Below are positions 29,345-38,627 of a DNA stretch of 64,000 bases, piece by piece. Origin of the DNA: Planctomycetota bacterium. GTDB lineage: Bacteria > Planctomycetota > SZUA-567 > H5-PLA8. The stretch lies in assembly GCA_038227875.1 (NCBI GenBank), contig JBBRPR010000029.1, positions 36,939-100,938 on the forward strand. Direction: 5' to 3'. Position numbers and translations under genes: made by a program. The notes beneath the pieces were generated by a model. It was not told where the DNA came from, did not search any database, and saw nothing but the letters and a program-made list of their open reading frames with translations. How positions within the stretch are numbered: position 1 is the stretch's first letter; each line of letters begins with the position of its first letter.

Positions 29345-30597
29345 ACATGCTTGCCACCACTTCCGTCGTTCCCCTTAGCGTCAGACCGTCGCTGGACGCC
29401 GTGGCCTTCGAACGGATCCGGCGGTCGCTGATGCTGAATCATTGCAAATGGGACTGCCAGGTCGGCGACGTCACGACACTGGCGCCGTTTCCGCTGGTGA
29501 TCACAGCTGACGATTGGAAATTCCTGGAGAACAGCGCGGAGCGTCTCACTGCGGAGCTCCTCGAAATCGAATCCGTGCTGCTCCGCGAACCGCGCTTGCA
29601 ACGCATGCTGAACCTGCCCGCGTCGGTAAGAGAAATCTTCGAGAACGCAGCGATTCCCGCCAGCCCCGCCGCGGCGCGAGTAATGCGCTTCGATTTTCAT
29701 TTCACGCCGACGGGATGGCAGATTTCCGAAGTGAACAGCGATGTGCCGGGCGGTTTTTCTGAGGCATCAAGCTTCACGGCGCTGATGGCACAGTCCTATG
29801 CCGGCCTGCGCGTCTGTGGCGATCCGATCTCGAACTGGGCAGACGCGCTGATCGTCAGCAGCGGCGGCACGCCCATCGCACTGCTGAGCGCGCCGGGATT
29901 CATGGAAGACCAGCAGATTCTCGCCTACCTGCGCCAGACGCTGGCTTCACGCGGGTGCGCGTCTTACTTGTGCGAACCGGCACAGTTGGTCTGGCGCAAT
30001 GGACGCGCGAGCTTGAATAGCAATTACTACGGCGGTCCGCTGGGCGCGATTGTGCGGTTTTACCAGGGCGAGTGGCTGGCGCAGTTGCCGGAGCGCAGCG
30101 GCTGGCGGCAGCTCTTCGCGGGTGCGACGACGCCGGTGGGCAATCCCGGTTCGGCGCTGCTCACGGAGAGCAAACGCTTGCCGCTGATCTTTGATCAACT
30201 CCCGATGGATGTTGATACGTCGGCCTGTCGTCAATTCTTTCCGGAGACGCATGACCCGCGGGACGTGAATTGGGAATTCGACCCCAATTGGCTGCTGAAG
30301 ACGGCCTTCTGCAACACCGGAGACACCGTGGCGATGAGAGAACTGCTTCCCGAATCGAAGTGGGCCGAAGTCGGGCGCGATGTCCGACGCGAACCTGACA
30401 CGTGGCTCGCGCAGCGGCGATTCGAGACCGTGGCCGTCGATTCGCCGCTCGGACTCATCTACCCCTGCATTGGCGTGTACACGATCAACGGTAAAGCGGC
30501 CGGCGTCTACGCTCGCATTGCGACGCAACCGGTGATCGATTTCTCCGCGATCGACACGGCGCTGCTGATCGAAGCCGAGGGCCCAACTATAGAATGA
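29341..30597 (+). CDS. Glutathionylspermidine-synthase-like ATP-grasp ligase
   Basis: RVMRFDF...EVNSDVPGG (R-x-D and E-x-N-x-D metal/ATP motifs), ESKRL, WLAQRRF; ATGA overlap with the upstream gene. Confidence 0.85.
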   Translation: MNMLATTSVVPLSVRPSLDAVAFERIRRSLMLNHCKWDCQVGDVTTLAPFPLVITADDWKFLENSAERLTAELLEIESVLLREPRLQRMLNLPASVREIFENAAIPASPAAARVMRFDFHFTPTGWQISEVNSDVPGGFSEASSFTALMAQSYAGLRVCGDPISNWADALIVSSGGTPIALLSAPGFMEDQQILAYLRQTLASRGCASYLCEPAQLVWRNGRASLNSNYYGGPLGAIVRFYQGEWLAQLPERSGWRQLFAGATTPVGNPGSALLTESKRLPLIFDQLPMDVDTSACRQFFPETHDPRDVNWEFDPNWLLKTAFCNTGDTVAMRELLPESKWAEVGRDVRREPDTWLAQRRFETVAVDSPLGLIYPCIGVYTINGKAAGVYARIATQPVIDFSAIDTALLIEAEGPTIE

Positions 30598-31394
30598 AGC
30601 GCGAGGAGATTTTCGAGGCGTGGGCGCCTCCGGGTCGTCCCTGGTCGAACTGGGTGAAGCCGGTTCTGTTCGCGAACATGGACATCAAAGCGCTCTGGTG
30701 TCGCCCGCAGCCGGAAGCCGCGCCTGAAGTGGCGCTGCCATGGTTGAATGGCGTGACCGCGCGCGCGGCGATCGTGGTCGATGTGCCATCCAGCATCGGC
30801 GTCGCGATCGGATTGAAACTCGCAGAACTCGGCTATCAGCCCGTGCCGCTTTACAACGCCGCGCCCGGTCCGACGGAACCCGTCAGCATCAACCCGGCGC
30901 TGGGAAGTGCGAGTTTGCCGGTGAGCATGGTCGATATGCATCCAGTTCTGGACGCATTGTGGTTCGGCGCGCAACGGTTGCAGCGCATCCATTTGCCGGT
31001 GGATTGCGCGCCCGTGTTTCTGCTCGATTCGCGCCGCCGGACGGGCGAGGGGTGCGCAGTTGCGGGTCGCTTCGACAACCGTTCGGTGAGCTTTCCGACG
31101 GATTTTCCGTCCGCGAATTTTCTGCAAGCGCAGCAGATTGGTCACGCCGTGCTGGTGCAATTTGATGGAGGCCAGCCGCAGAGCGATCTGGCGCACACGC
31201 TGTTGCGTTGGCAGGAAGGCGGCATTGCCATCTCGTCGGTTGCGCTGAATTCTCCGAGCGCGCCGACGCCGATTCGCGTCATCCAGCCGTCGTACTTTCG
31301 CTGGATCTGGTACCGGTTGCTCGCGACGTTTGGACTGCGGCGCCACGAGCTGGGTGGATTTGGCGGACTGATTCCGGACGCGTCGGCTGGTTAA
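30594..31394 (+). CDS. Hypothetical protein with C-terminal GGFGG..SAG tail
   Basis: Start lies at the ligase 3' end (translational coupling); well-formed 266-aa ORF. Confidence 0.75.
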   Translation: MKREEIFEAWAPPGRPWSNWVKPVLFANMDIKALWCRPQPEAAPEVALPWLNGVTARAAIVVDVPSSIGVAIGLKLAELGYQPVPLYNAAPGPTEPVSINPALGSASLPVSMVDMHPVLDALWFGAQRLQRIHLPVDCAPVFLLDSRRRTGEGCAVAGRFDNRSVSFPTDFPSANFLQAQQIGHAVLVQFDGGQPQSDLAHTLLRWQEGGIAISSVALNSPSAPTPIRVIQPSYFRWIWYRLLATFGLRRHELGGFGGLIPDASAG

Positions 31395-32080
31395 TAGTCG
31401 TCGCGGCTTTTTGGCCGGGCGCGTATCTGGCCTTTGGGTTGTTCGCGGATCGGGCGTCGCAGCGGCGCCCGGTCGGGGAGATTGTCGGGCGTTCCGTCCT
31501 GTGGCGTGATGATCTCGTCTTCATCCAGCGATGGCGTCGTGGAGATTGTCGCACGGCTGGGTGTGCGCTGGAATTCCTGGAGCTGCCGCGCGGCGAGAAC
31601 GTCGGCGATGACATACGTCAGCGCGGCGTCGTCGGCGCGCAGCAGTTCGGGATGGCGCACGACCACGCGCAGGACGAGGTTTCCCGACGAGCGCACGGAA
31701 ATATGGCCGGCGGGATCGTCGAGTACGCGTGGCGCTTTGCCGGCGGCGCGGACTCGTTCGCGCACGGCGGCGAGAAAATCCGGGCGCGCGACGTCGGCTT
31801 GAATGCGCGCGTGGACATCGTCGCCCGGGCGGCGCTGATTGGGACGCAGTGTGAACGCCGCTTCGAGAATCTCAAACCACGCGTCGATATTTTGCGGCGC
31901 TGCGACACTGGATTCAGGATCGAGAATTTTCAAATTCGCGACGCCCGCGAGAAGCTTCTTCTGGCCAACGCTTGATGAAAAATCGATCGTCAGCTTCGCC
32001 TGATCTCCGGAGCCGGAGACCACGCGGATTGTTCCAGCGCCAAAAACGGGATGAATGACTCGCAGTCCAGTTTTAAACAT
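31391..32080 (-). CDS. Protein with an N-terminal PcrA/UvrD Tudor-like domain and an unknown C-terminal domain
   Basis: GLRVIHPVFGAGTI..VSGSGDQAKLTIDF...GQKKL...ANL. Confidence 0.7.
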   Translation of the reverse strand: MFKTGLRVIHPVFGAGTIRVVSGSGDQAKLTIDFSSSVGQKKLLAGVANLKILDPESSVAAPQNIDAWFEILEAAFTLRPNQRRPGDDVHARIQADVARPDFLAAVRERVRAAGKAPRVLDDPAGHISVRSSGNLVLRVVVRHPELLRADDAALTYVIADVLAARQLQEFQRTPSRATISTTPSLDEDEIITPQDGTPDNLPDRAPLRRPIREQPKGQIRARPKSRDDY

Positions 32081-32225
32081 ACGTCAAAATACTCCAGAGA
32101 TTACACAGGCAGTTTCTTCCTCCTGATGCAAAACAAGATAGCCGCCCCTAACAGAAAATGACACACGACAACTTCCAGCGAAGGTCGTTGTTGCCGGAAG
32201 TGCTGCAATATGCGCGAAATTTTAG

Positions 32226-32241
32226 TGGCATAAGAGTTGCC
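32226..32241 (+). promoter_or_regulatory. Putative sigma54 promoter
   Basis: TGGCATAAGAGTTGCC = GG-N10-GC, about 30 nt upstream of GTG 32272. Confidence 0.6.
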
Positions 32242-32271
32242 GAATACCTACCGAAAGCGGAGGAGTCACGC

Positions 32272-32649
32272 GTGACACATGTGCCAACCATCATCGTGAT
32301 CGACGACCAGACGGGTTTGCAAAGCCTCTTGTGCCAGATCTTGCTCGACGCGGGCTACTCCGTTCGAGCTTCCGCGCAACGCTCGCTGGCACTACGGGTT
32401 CTGGAAGAAGGGCAACCGGCAATTGTGCTGATGGACTGGCGGCATGATGGCATGAGCGCGCGTCAATTCGTGGAAATTGTGCAGTCCAAATTCCCAGATG
32501 TGGAGTTTATCGTGACGACCACACACGAAGGTGTCGTGGATTCGGCCTCCGAGTTGGGCATCCGGCACGTCCTGCGGAAGCCGTTCCAGGTCGACAACCT
32601 GCTGGCAGTGGTGAACAACTGCGCGGCGGGAGTGGCCAAAGCTTTGTAG
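32272..32649 (+). CDS. Single-domain response regulator (receiver)
   Basis: IIVIDD, VLMDW, TT, LRKPF; GGAGGAG RBS. Confidence 0.85.
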   Translation: MTHVPTIIVIDDQTGLQSLLCQILLDAGYSVRASAQRSLALRVLEEGQPAIVLMDWRHDGMSARQFVEIVQSKFPDVEFIVTTTHEGVVDSASELGIRHVLRKPFQVDNLLAVVNNCAAGVAKAL

Positions 32650-32671
32650 TTGTGTTCGCAGTCCTCGAACG

Positions 32672-32704
32672 AAAACGGTGGGCGCATGACGCGCCCACCG
32701 TTTT
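32672..32704. terminator. Bidirectional intrinsic terminator
   Basis: AAAACGGTGGGCGC-ATGAC-GCGCCCACCGTTTT between convergent genes. Confidence 0.8.
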
Positions 32705-32743
32705 GTTTTCCAGACCACTGTGCCCAATTGCCCACCGTGCGAT

Positions 32744-33412
32744 TTACTTGCCCATGTTGTTGTCGGCCGGAGCGGGTTCGGCCGGCTTCGGCGCTTCGGC
32801 GGTTTTCGGCGCTTCAGCGGGCTTCGCGTCGGCGGCTTTCTCAGCCGGCGGCGGAGTGGCGGGCGCGGCGGCGTTCTCCTTGCCCTTGTCAGCGCGCTCG
32901 GCCATTTTCTTTTCACGTTCCTGCTTCTGGATATCCTTCAGCTTCGCAGTCTGCTCGGCGGTAAGCACGCCGTCGGCGTCTTTCAGCGCCGTCTGCAGCG
33001 CGTCGCCGCTCTTCTTGTCGGTCAGTTCGCGGATCTGCTTGTTGAGTTCCTTGGCCTTGTCCTTGTCGTCATTCTTGCGCGCGTCTTTCATCTGCGCGTG
33101 GAGCGACGCCAGCTCCGGATCGTTCTTTAACTTCTCGTTCTGCTCATCGACGACGGCCTTGAGTTTCAGCAGCTTCTCTTTCTGCTCGTCGGTCAGGTTG
33201 ATCTCCGCGCTTTTGGAGAGGGCAAGCTTGAACAGCGCCGCGTCTGTGCCGCCGGCCTTCTTGCCTTTGCCTTCCTTCTTGTCGGCCTTCGATTCGGCCT
33301 TGGTGGTGTCCGGCTTGGGAGCATCGGGCTTTTCGGCCTCGTCGGCGGCATAAGTCGAGCTGCAGGCCACCAGAGTTAAGAGTGTCAGTGTGGTAACGGG
33401 CCACAGGCGCAT
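32744..33412 (-). CDS. Exported Spy/CpxP-like (LTxxQ) protein
   Basis: Signal peptide; two LTxEQ motifs (NLTDEQKEKL, VLTAEQTAKL); Ala/Pro-rich tail. Confidence 0.7.
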   Translation of the reverse strand: MRLWPVTTLTLLTLVACSSTYAADEAEKPDAPKPDTTKAESKADKKEGKGKKAGGTDAALFKLALSKSAEINLTDEQKEKLLKLKAVVDEQNEKLKNDPELASLHAQMKDARKNDDKDKAKELNKQIRELTDKKSGDALQTALKDADGVLTAEQTAKLKDIQKQEREKKMAERADKGKENAAAPATPPPAEKAADAKPAEAPKTAEAPKPAEPAPADNNMGK

Positions 33413-33547
33413 GTCGTGTTCTCCTTCAGTATGAGGTAAAAGCCATCACGCACGATGTTCGATCGTGTTGTCCACGTCCATTATGCATACGTCAGACCGA
33501 AGGGCGCATGGAAATCCGCGGGTGTCCCATTTTGCGTCTGCGTCGAG

Positions 33548-35662
33548 TTACTTCGCATTGACCTTTTCCAGCACTTTGGCCACGTTCTCCTCGGGAATTC
33601 CCAGGTCCTTGAGCCGCTGGACCAGCGCCAATGCGCGCGGTTTGTCAGAGATGGACATGGCGATCCGGCCCAGTGCTTCGGCCTGCAGCAGCCGCAGACT
33701 GTAGTCGGTGGTGTTGGGCACGCGTTCGGCGCCCTGCAGATCTTCGAGAATCTCGGAGCTCATCCGGTCTTCATTTTGTTGCAGCCGGCGCAGTCCGCGG
33801 GCCGCGGCGGGCCACCACGCGTTGGGCCAGACCCGCATGCCTTCTGCCATGCATTCGTCGACGGTGTTGGCGTCGCAGACGCTTAACCACTGTACCCAAG
33901 TTGCAACCGACGGGGGAACCATGCCGCCGTTGGCCACTTCCCAGCTCTTGCGATAGTAGCCCAGCGCCTCCTTGTTGCGCTGATCGCTCTGACACAACTG
34001 GCCGAGAATCTGAAACGCGATGGAACGGACCATCGCTTTCGGTCGCTCGGTATGGTAACGCATCGTCTGCGAATCTTCGGCGGCGATCGCGGCGTGCAGT
34101 TCTTTTTCGCAGCGCTGTTTGGCGGATTGAACATCTTCGCCCGCTTGTTGCTCCATCATCACCACGCGGAACAATTCGACGGCGTGGTTCAGGCGCAGCA
34201 CGGCGTGATCAGGCGCGACCTCCGAGCTGCGAGCCCAGATCACCACAGGCGACTCAAAGCCGTCGGCCCAGTTGTACGTGACGTTGCTGAAATACAGGCA
34301 CAGGCCGAAGCCCAGTGCGATGGGTATGACGATCGTCGCCGGCACGCGGCCGGGAGAATTCTGCTGTGCGCGCGCGTAAAGTTTTGAAACAGCCCAGAGC
34401 ACCGCGCCGGCGAGCAGCACGGCGGCTCCGACGGTGGGCAGGTAGACGTTGCGTCCCGCCAGAAAGTCCGGGCGCGGCAGGAACGAATTCGACGGGATGA
34501 GAAAGATGTAGAACCAGACCAGCGCCAGCCAGACGGGTTTCTTGAAGCCGCGGACCGTGCCCCAGAGCAGCAGCAGCGCGTTGGCGAGGATTCCGATCCA
34601 GCAGGCCCAGACTTCCCAGCCGGGATAATTGGTTTCGAGCGTCAGGCGTCGGGCGAGCACTTCGTCGCCCAGCAGCATCAATAGGATGGGGCTTTGAATT
34701 TCGAACAGGTACGTCCAGCCCGCGCCCCCGGCAGTTTGAGCAAACAGTCCGCTGGCGCGGTCGCTGTTGCGGATGCCGATCCAGCCGATGATGACGATCA
34801 CAGCCGCAATGCCGGCGAACAGTCCAATGCGCGTGGGCTTGGGCCAGGCGCCGAACTTCCGCCAGATCAGCGGCGCGGTGGCGAGAACATATCCGGCCGG
34901 CGCGACGAGAAAATTTTCCTTCGAGCCAAACGCCATCAGCGCAAAGACCAGCGACCCCAGCAGCGCCGCTGCGCGCACGGCCAGGTGGCGGCGCGTCTCG
35001 AAAATGTACGTCCAGCAGAACAGTCCCGTGAGCGTAAATAGCGCGCCCATGCTGCCGTTGCGGGCGCTGACGTAACAGACCGGTTCAGCTGCCCACGGAT
35101 GGACCGCGAAAAAAAGCGCGGCGGCGCCGGGCAGAAAGCGCCAGATGCGCCAGGCGTCCGCGGAAGCTGGATCGTCCTCTGGCAGATAGAGTCGCAGCAA
35201 GTTCGAGAGCGCGAGGAAGAGCATCGCGATACAGCAGAGATGCAGGAATAGATTGACGCCATGCGCGATCGACGGCGACGGCGTGGGACCGAAAAATTTA
35301 CGCTCCAGGGCGAAGCTCAAATGCCAGAGGAAGCGGTCGGCGATCAGCGGCTTCTCGTAGCCGGGGATCACCAGCGTGGGCTGGCCGGGGCGTTCCAGCG
35401 AGGGCGGGGTATCGTGCCAGTGCCATGGCAGGAAGAGTTCCGGATGATCGATGCGTGGATCGAGCAACACGTAGTCGTTGTCGTCGTAAAACCAGCCGGC
35501 CGACAAGGACGGTTCGTACGCGACGAAAGCTGCGATCAGCGCCAGCAGCAACAGCGCCAGCGGCGGCCAGAATTGCGCCATGCCGCGATTGCGAGCGCCA
35601 GCCGATTCCGGTGCGGGAATGACTGTGGGAGCCTGCTTCTTTCGATCTTTGTCTTTGGCCAT
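33548..35662 (-). CDS. GT-C membrane glycosyltransferase, TMTC/PMT-like, with TPR-like C-terminus
   Basis: FYDD after TM1, HGVNLFLH, LFFAVHPWAAEPVCYVSAR, SKE, RNVYLP. Confidence 0.8.
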   Translation of the reverse strand: MAKDKDRKKQAPTVIPAPESAGARNRGMAQFWPPLALLLLALIAAFVAYEPSLSAGWFYDDNDYVLLDPRIDHPELFLPWHWHDTPPSLERPGQPTLVIPGYEKPLIADRFLWHLSFALERKFFGPTPSPSIAHGVNLFLHLCCIAMLFLALSNLLRLYLPEDDPASADAWRIWRFLPGAAALFFAVHPWAAEPVCYVSARNGSMGALFTLTGLFCWTYIFETRRHLAVRAAALLGSLVFALMAFGSKENFLVAPAGYVLATAPLIWRKFGAWPKPTRIGLFAGIAAVIVIIGWIGIRNSDRASGLFAQTAGGAGWTYLFEIQSPILLMLLGDEVLARRLTLETNYPGWEVWACWIGILANALLLLWGTVRGFKKPVWLALVWFYIFLIPSNSFLPRPDFLAGRNVYLPTVGAAVLLAGAVLWAVSKLYARAQQNSPGRVPATIVIPIALGFGLCLYFSNVTYNWADGFESPVVIWARSSEVAPDHAVLRLNHAVELFRVVMMEQQAGEDVQSAKQRCEKELHAAIAAEDSQTMRYHTERPKAMVRSIAFQILGQLCQSDQRNKEALGYYRKSWEVANGGMVPPSVATWVQWLSVCDANTVDECMAEGMRVWPNAWWPAAARGLRRLQQNEDRMSSEILEDLQGAERVPNTTDYSLRLLQAEALGRIAMSISDKPRALALVQRLKDLGIPEENVAKVLEKVNAK

Positions 35663-35839
35663 CGTCCGACCTGCTCGTTCCTACATGTGGTATGAAAAAG
35701 TGAAAGCACTACAGTAGCGAGATATTCCGAATGGAAAAGTTGATTACGCTCGCCACTCCAGCGATTGCGCTACGGGTTCCGGGCGGTTCTAATCCCAGTT
35801 CACAAAACTTCATAATCACTCCCGATCTGGAACCTGAAC

Positions 35840-36499
35840 ATGGAACGCAAAGCCGAACCGGAATTGATGGATCTGGACGAAGAAGTCGATGCCTACGTCC
35901 GCGGCGATTTTTCAGCCGTCAACCAGGCCTTTGCGGAGCGGCTGACGCAGATTTGCGGCGGCCTTCAGCAGGCGCGGGCCGTCGACCTGGGAACGGGGCC
36001 GGCCGACATTCCGATCCGCGTCTGGAAGTTGCGCCCAAACTGGCGCATCGTCGCCGTCGACGCCAGCGCTCCGATGCTCGCCAGCGGCCGGCCTGAAGTG
36101 GAGAAAGCCGGCGCCGCGCACGCGATCGAGCTGAAGCTCGCCGACGCCAAGGACACGAAACTTCCCGCCGCGTCGTTTGATGTGATTTTCTCGAACAGCA
36201 TTCTGCATCATGTCAGTTCTCCAGAATCGTTCTGGAAGGAAGTACGTCGATTGGTGAAACCCGGCGGCTTCATTTTTCTGCGCGATCTGGCGCGGCCGGA
36301 GTCGGAAGTTTGCGCCCGCGCGCTGGTGGAACAGCACGCCGGCAATGAGAACGCATTATTAAAGGAAGAGTTTTACCGCTCACTGCTATCGGCCTACACC
36401 GTCGAAGAAGTGAAGATGCAGCTCCGCGCCGCAGGATTGAGTGGGCTGACCGTGCAAATGTGTTCCGACCGGCACTTGGATGTATTTGGGAATGTTTGA
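35840..36499 (+). CDS. Class I SAM-dependent methyltransferase
   Basis: VDLGTGPAD, AVDAS..ML, FDVIFSNSILHH, LVKPGG. Confidence 0.92.
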   Translation: MERKAEPELMDLDEEVDAYVRGDFSAVNQAFAERLTQICGGLQQARAVDLGTGPADIPIRVWKLRPNWRIVAVDASAPMLASGRPEVEKAGAAHAIELKLADAKDTKLPAASFDVIFSNSILHHVSSPESFWKEVRRLVKPGGFIFLRDLARPESEVCARALVEQHAGNENALLKEEFYRSLLSAYTVEEVKMQLRAAGLSGLTVQMCSDRHLDVFGNV

Positions 36500-36538
36500 C
36501 ATAGCCAGGAGCCCGCGCCGCAGAAATAGGAGAATCGC

Positions 36539-37318
36539 ATGCCTGCCGTCCGCACCAATCCCATCCGCGCCGCGCTTAACGAAAAACGCCTGATCCGCGG
36601 ACCGTTTCAGATGTTCAACGATCCGGCCATAACCGAGATCATCATTGGTGGAGGCTTGGATTACGTACTCATCGATGCCGAGCATCGAGCGTTCGCGCCC
36701 GACACCATCGAGACACTGATTCGCGCCGCGCAAGGCGCCGGAGGCGGCGCGATGATTCGCGTCCCGACGCTCAACCGTGCGCACCTGCAGCACGCGCTCG
36801 ACGCCGGCGCCGATGCCGTGCTCGTCCCGCTGGTGAATTCGCGCCGCGAAGCCGAGGAGGCCGTCTCGTTCAGCCGTCTGCCGCCGCTGGGCACGCGTGG
36901 GTTTAACGGCGGCACGCGCGCCGGTAACTGGGGCGCACCGGACATGAAGGCCTACGTCGAACGTGTCAATCGCGAGATAGTGGTCGCGGTGCAGATCGAA
37001 ACACCCGCGGCGCTAGCCAACGTCGCAGAGATCGCGGCCACGCCGGGACTCGACCTGATTTACATCGGACCCTTCGATCTTTCGCATGGCATGGGAAAGG
37101 TCGGCCAACTGGACGATCCGGAAGTCCGCGGCGCCATCGAACGCATTTGCGCCGCCGCCCGTAAAGAGGGCAAAGCACTGGGCATTCTCGCGCCCACGCC
37201 TGAATTCGCGAAGTGGAGTTGCAGTTTGGGCCTGCAGCTGCTGACTTACCGTTCAGATATTCGCTATTTCAAACTGGCCACAGCGGCGGCCGTCGAAGAA
37301 CTCAAGTCGCTCGGTTAA
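36539..37318 (+). CDS. HpcH/HpaI aldolase family protein
   Basis: IDAEH, IRVP, LDAGA, PPLGTRG, QIET, IGPFDLS. Confidence 0.92.
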   Translation: MPAVRTNPIRAALNEKRLIRGPFQMFNDPAITEIIIGGGLDYVLIDAEHRAFAPDTIETLIRAAQGAGGGAMIRVPTLNRAHLQHALDAGADAVLVPLVNSRREAEEAVSFSRLPPLGTRGFNGGTRAGNWGAPDMKAYVERVNREIVVAVQIETPAALANVAEIAATPGLDLIYIGPFDLSHGMGKVGQLDDPEVRGAIERICAAARKEGKALGILAPTPEFAKWSCSLGLQLLTYRSDIRYFKLATAAAVEELKSLG

Positions 37319-37326
37319 TGCGACCG

Positions 37327-37908
37327 TTAATCGGGGACAGTGCGTTCCGAAACGCGTCGAATCAAGCGCTCGGCACGCGATTTCAGTTCGGGATCGCTGG
37401 ATTTCAGCAGCGGCGTCAGCATCGGGAGTATCTTGACGCCGCAGTCGATCACGGACTGCTCGGCCGCCTCGCGTTCCCGGGTATGATCGCTGGAGAGCGC
37501 CATGATCAGGTTGGTCATCTGCGCCTGTTCGATCGACTTGGCGTTCGGATCGGTCTCGGTCGGCACGGTGTAGCTCAGGTGCGGCAGCGGGACGTTGGTG
37601 TCGCTTAGCGGCTGAGTGAGTGACATGGTCAGGAGCACCACCGCGGCAATGGCGGCGACGCGGAATTGCGGCAGGCGCGCCAGTCTCAGGCTGCGGCCGT
37701 ACAGAGAATTGAGCTGCTCGCGCGAACGCTTTTCCGTTGCCTTGGCCGCCTGGCGTGATTCCTGCTTTTCTTCGTAGCCGGCGCTGAATTCGACGAGATG
37801 CCACACCCGGTCGGTCGAGCCACCGGGACGCAGGAGCGCGCGCAGTTGTGCTTCAGTCTCTTGGACTGACGGATCCTGCTCGGGGTTGGGAGGCGCTGCG
37901 GACATCAA
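37327..37908 (-). CDS. Putative anti-sigma factor: single TM plus HEAT-like C-terminus
   Basis: Follows an ECF sigma gene; TM VAAIAAVVLLTMSL; LSSD..REREAAEQ, SSDPELKSRA. Confidence 0.65.
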   Translation of the reverse strand: MMSAAPPNPEQDPSVQETEAQLRALLRPGGSTDRVWHLVEFSAGYEEKQESRQAAKATEKRSREQLNSLYGRSLRLARLPQFRVAAIAAVVLLTMSLTQPLSDTNVPLPHLSYTVPTETDPNAKSIEQAQMTNLIMALSSDHTREREAAEQSVIDCGVKILPMLTPLLKSSDPELKSRAERLIRRVSERTVPD

Positions 37909-37920
37909 CGTTTGCCTTTT

Positions 37921-38430
37921 CTAAACCCGGTTCTGACTGGCGGGGGCGCCGTTCAGAGCCTGCTGCATTTGAGCGATCGCGCGCGCGTGTCGTTTGAAGA
38001 CCGTCGTCAGCGGCAGATCGAGGAAATCGGAAATCTCCTGGAACGTCCAATCACCGTACACTCGCAGAATCAACACATCGCGTTCTTCGTCGGTCAGGCG
38101 GTTCATCGCGGTTTTGGCGGCTTCCGCCTGAAAAACATCGACGACGCTGGTCGTACTCCACGCGGTGCTGTTGCGCGCGATTTCCGCGTGCACGCGGGTA
38201 GCCACGGCATGATGACGCCGCGCGTTCAACGACAAGCGATCGGCAATCCGGTACAGGTATGCCTTGGGCGACGCGATCTCGATTCGCACGGCGTGCCGGT
38301 GAAAGGCAATGTAGACGTCGTGCAGGATGTCCTCAGCCAACGACGCATCCTTAAGACGGCCGCATAGAAATGCGAGCAACCCGTCTGCGTGTGCTTCGTA
38401 GAGCTTCGCCAGATCCTGCGTTGAATGCAA
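37921..38430 (-). CDS. ECF RNA polymerase sigma factor
   Basis: LAEDILHDVY, AYLYRIA, LTDEERDVLILRVYGDWTFQEIS..LDLPLTTV. Confidence 0.88.
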   Translation of the reverse strand: MHSTQDLAKLYEAHADGLLAFLCGRLKDASLAEDILHDVYIAFHRHAVRIEIASPKAYLYRIADRLSLNARRHHAVATRVHAEIARNSTAWSTTSVVDVFQAEAAKTAMNRLTDEERDVLILRVYGDWTFQEISDFLDLPLTTVFKRHARAIAQMQQALNGAPASQNRV

Positions 38431-38627
38431 AGCATGCCCTTCTGCTGAACTGCCGGTCGTGTTCCATTATAAAGGACAGCGCAACGCTCTTGTTTTTCCT
38501 CTTTTATCGAAGAATTTATGCTACTGGGAGTTGGACGTAACAGCACTCTTTAAAACTGCATAAACTGCGTCGACGAAGAGCTTTAATCCGGCTATCTTTT
38601 CGGGAAACAGGGAGGAGTCAGGAAAAA

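Noticed and set aside
33484..33499. sigma54 motif upstream of the Spy-like gene
   Set aside because: GG-N10-GC spacing fits but the flanking bases match poorly (CGGTCTG..ATGC)
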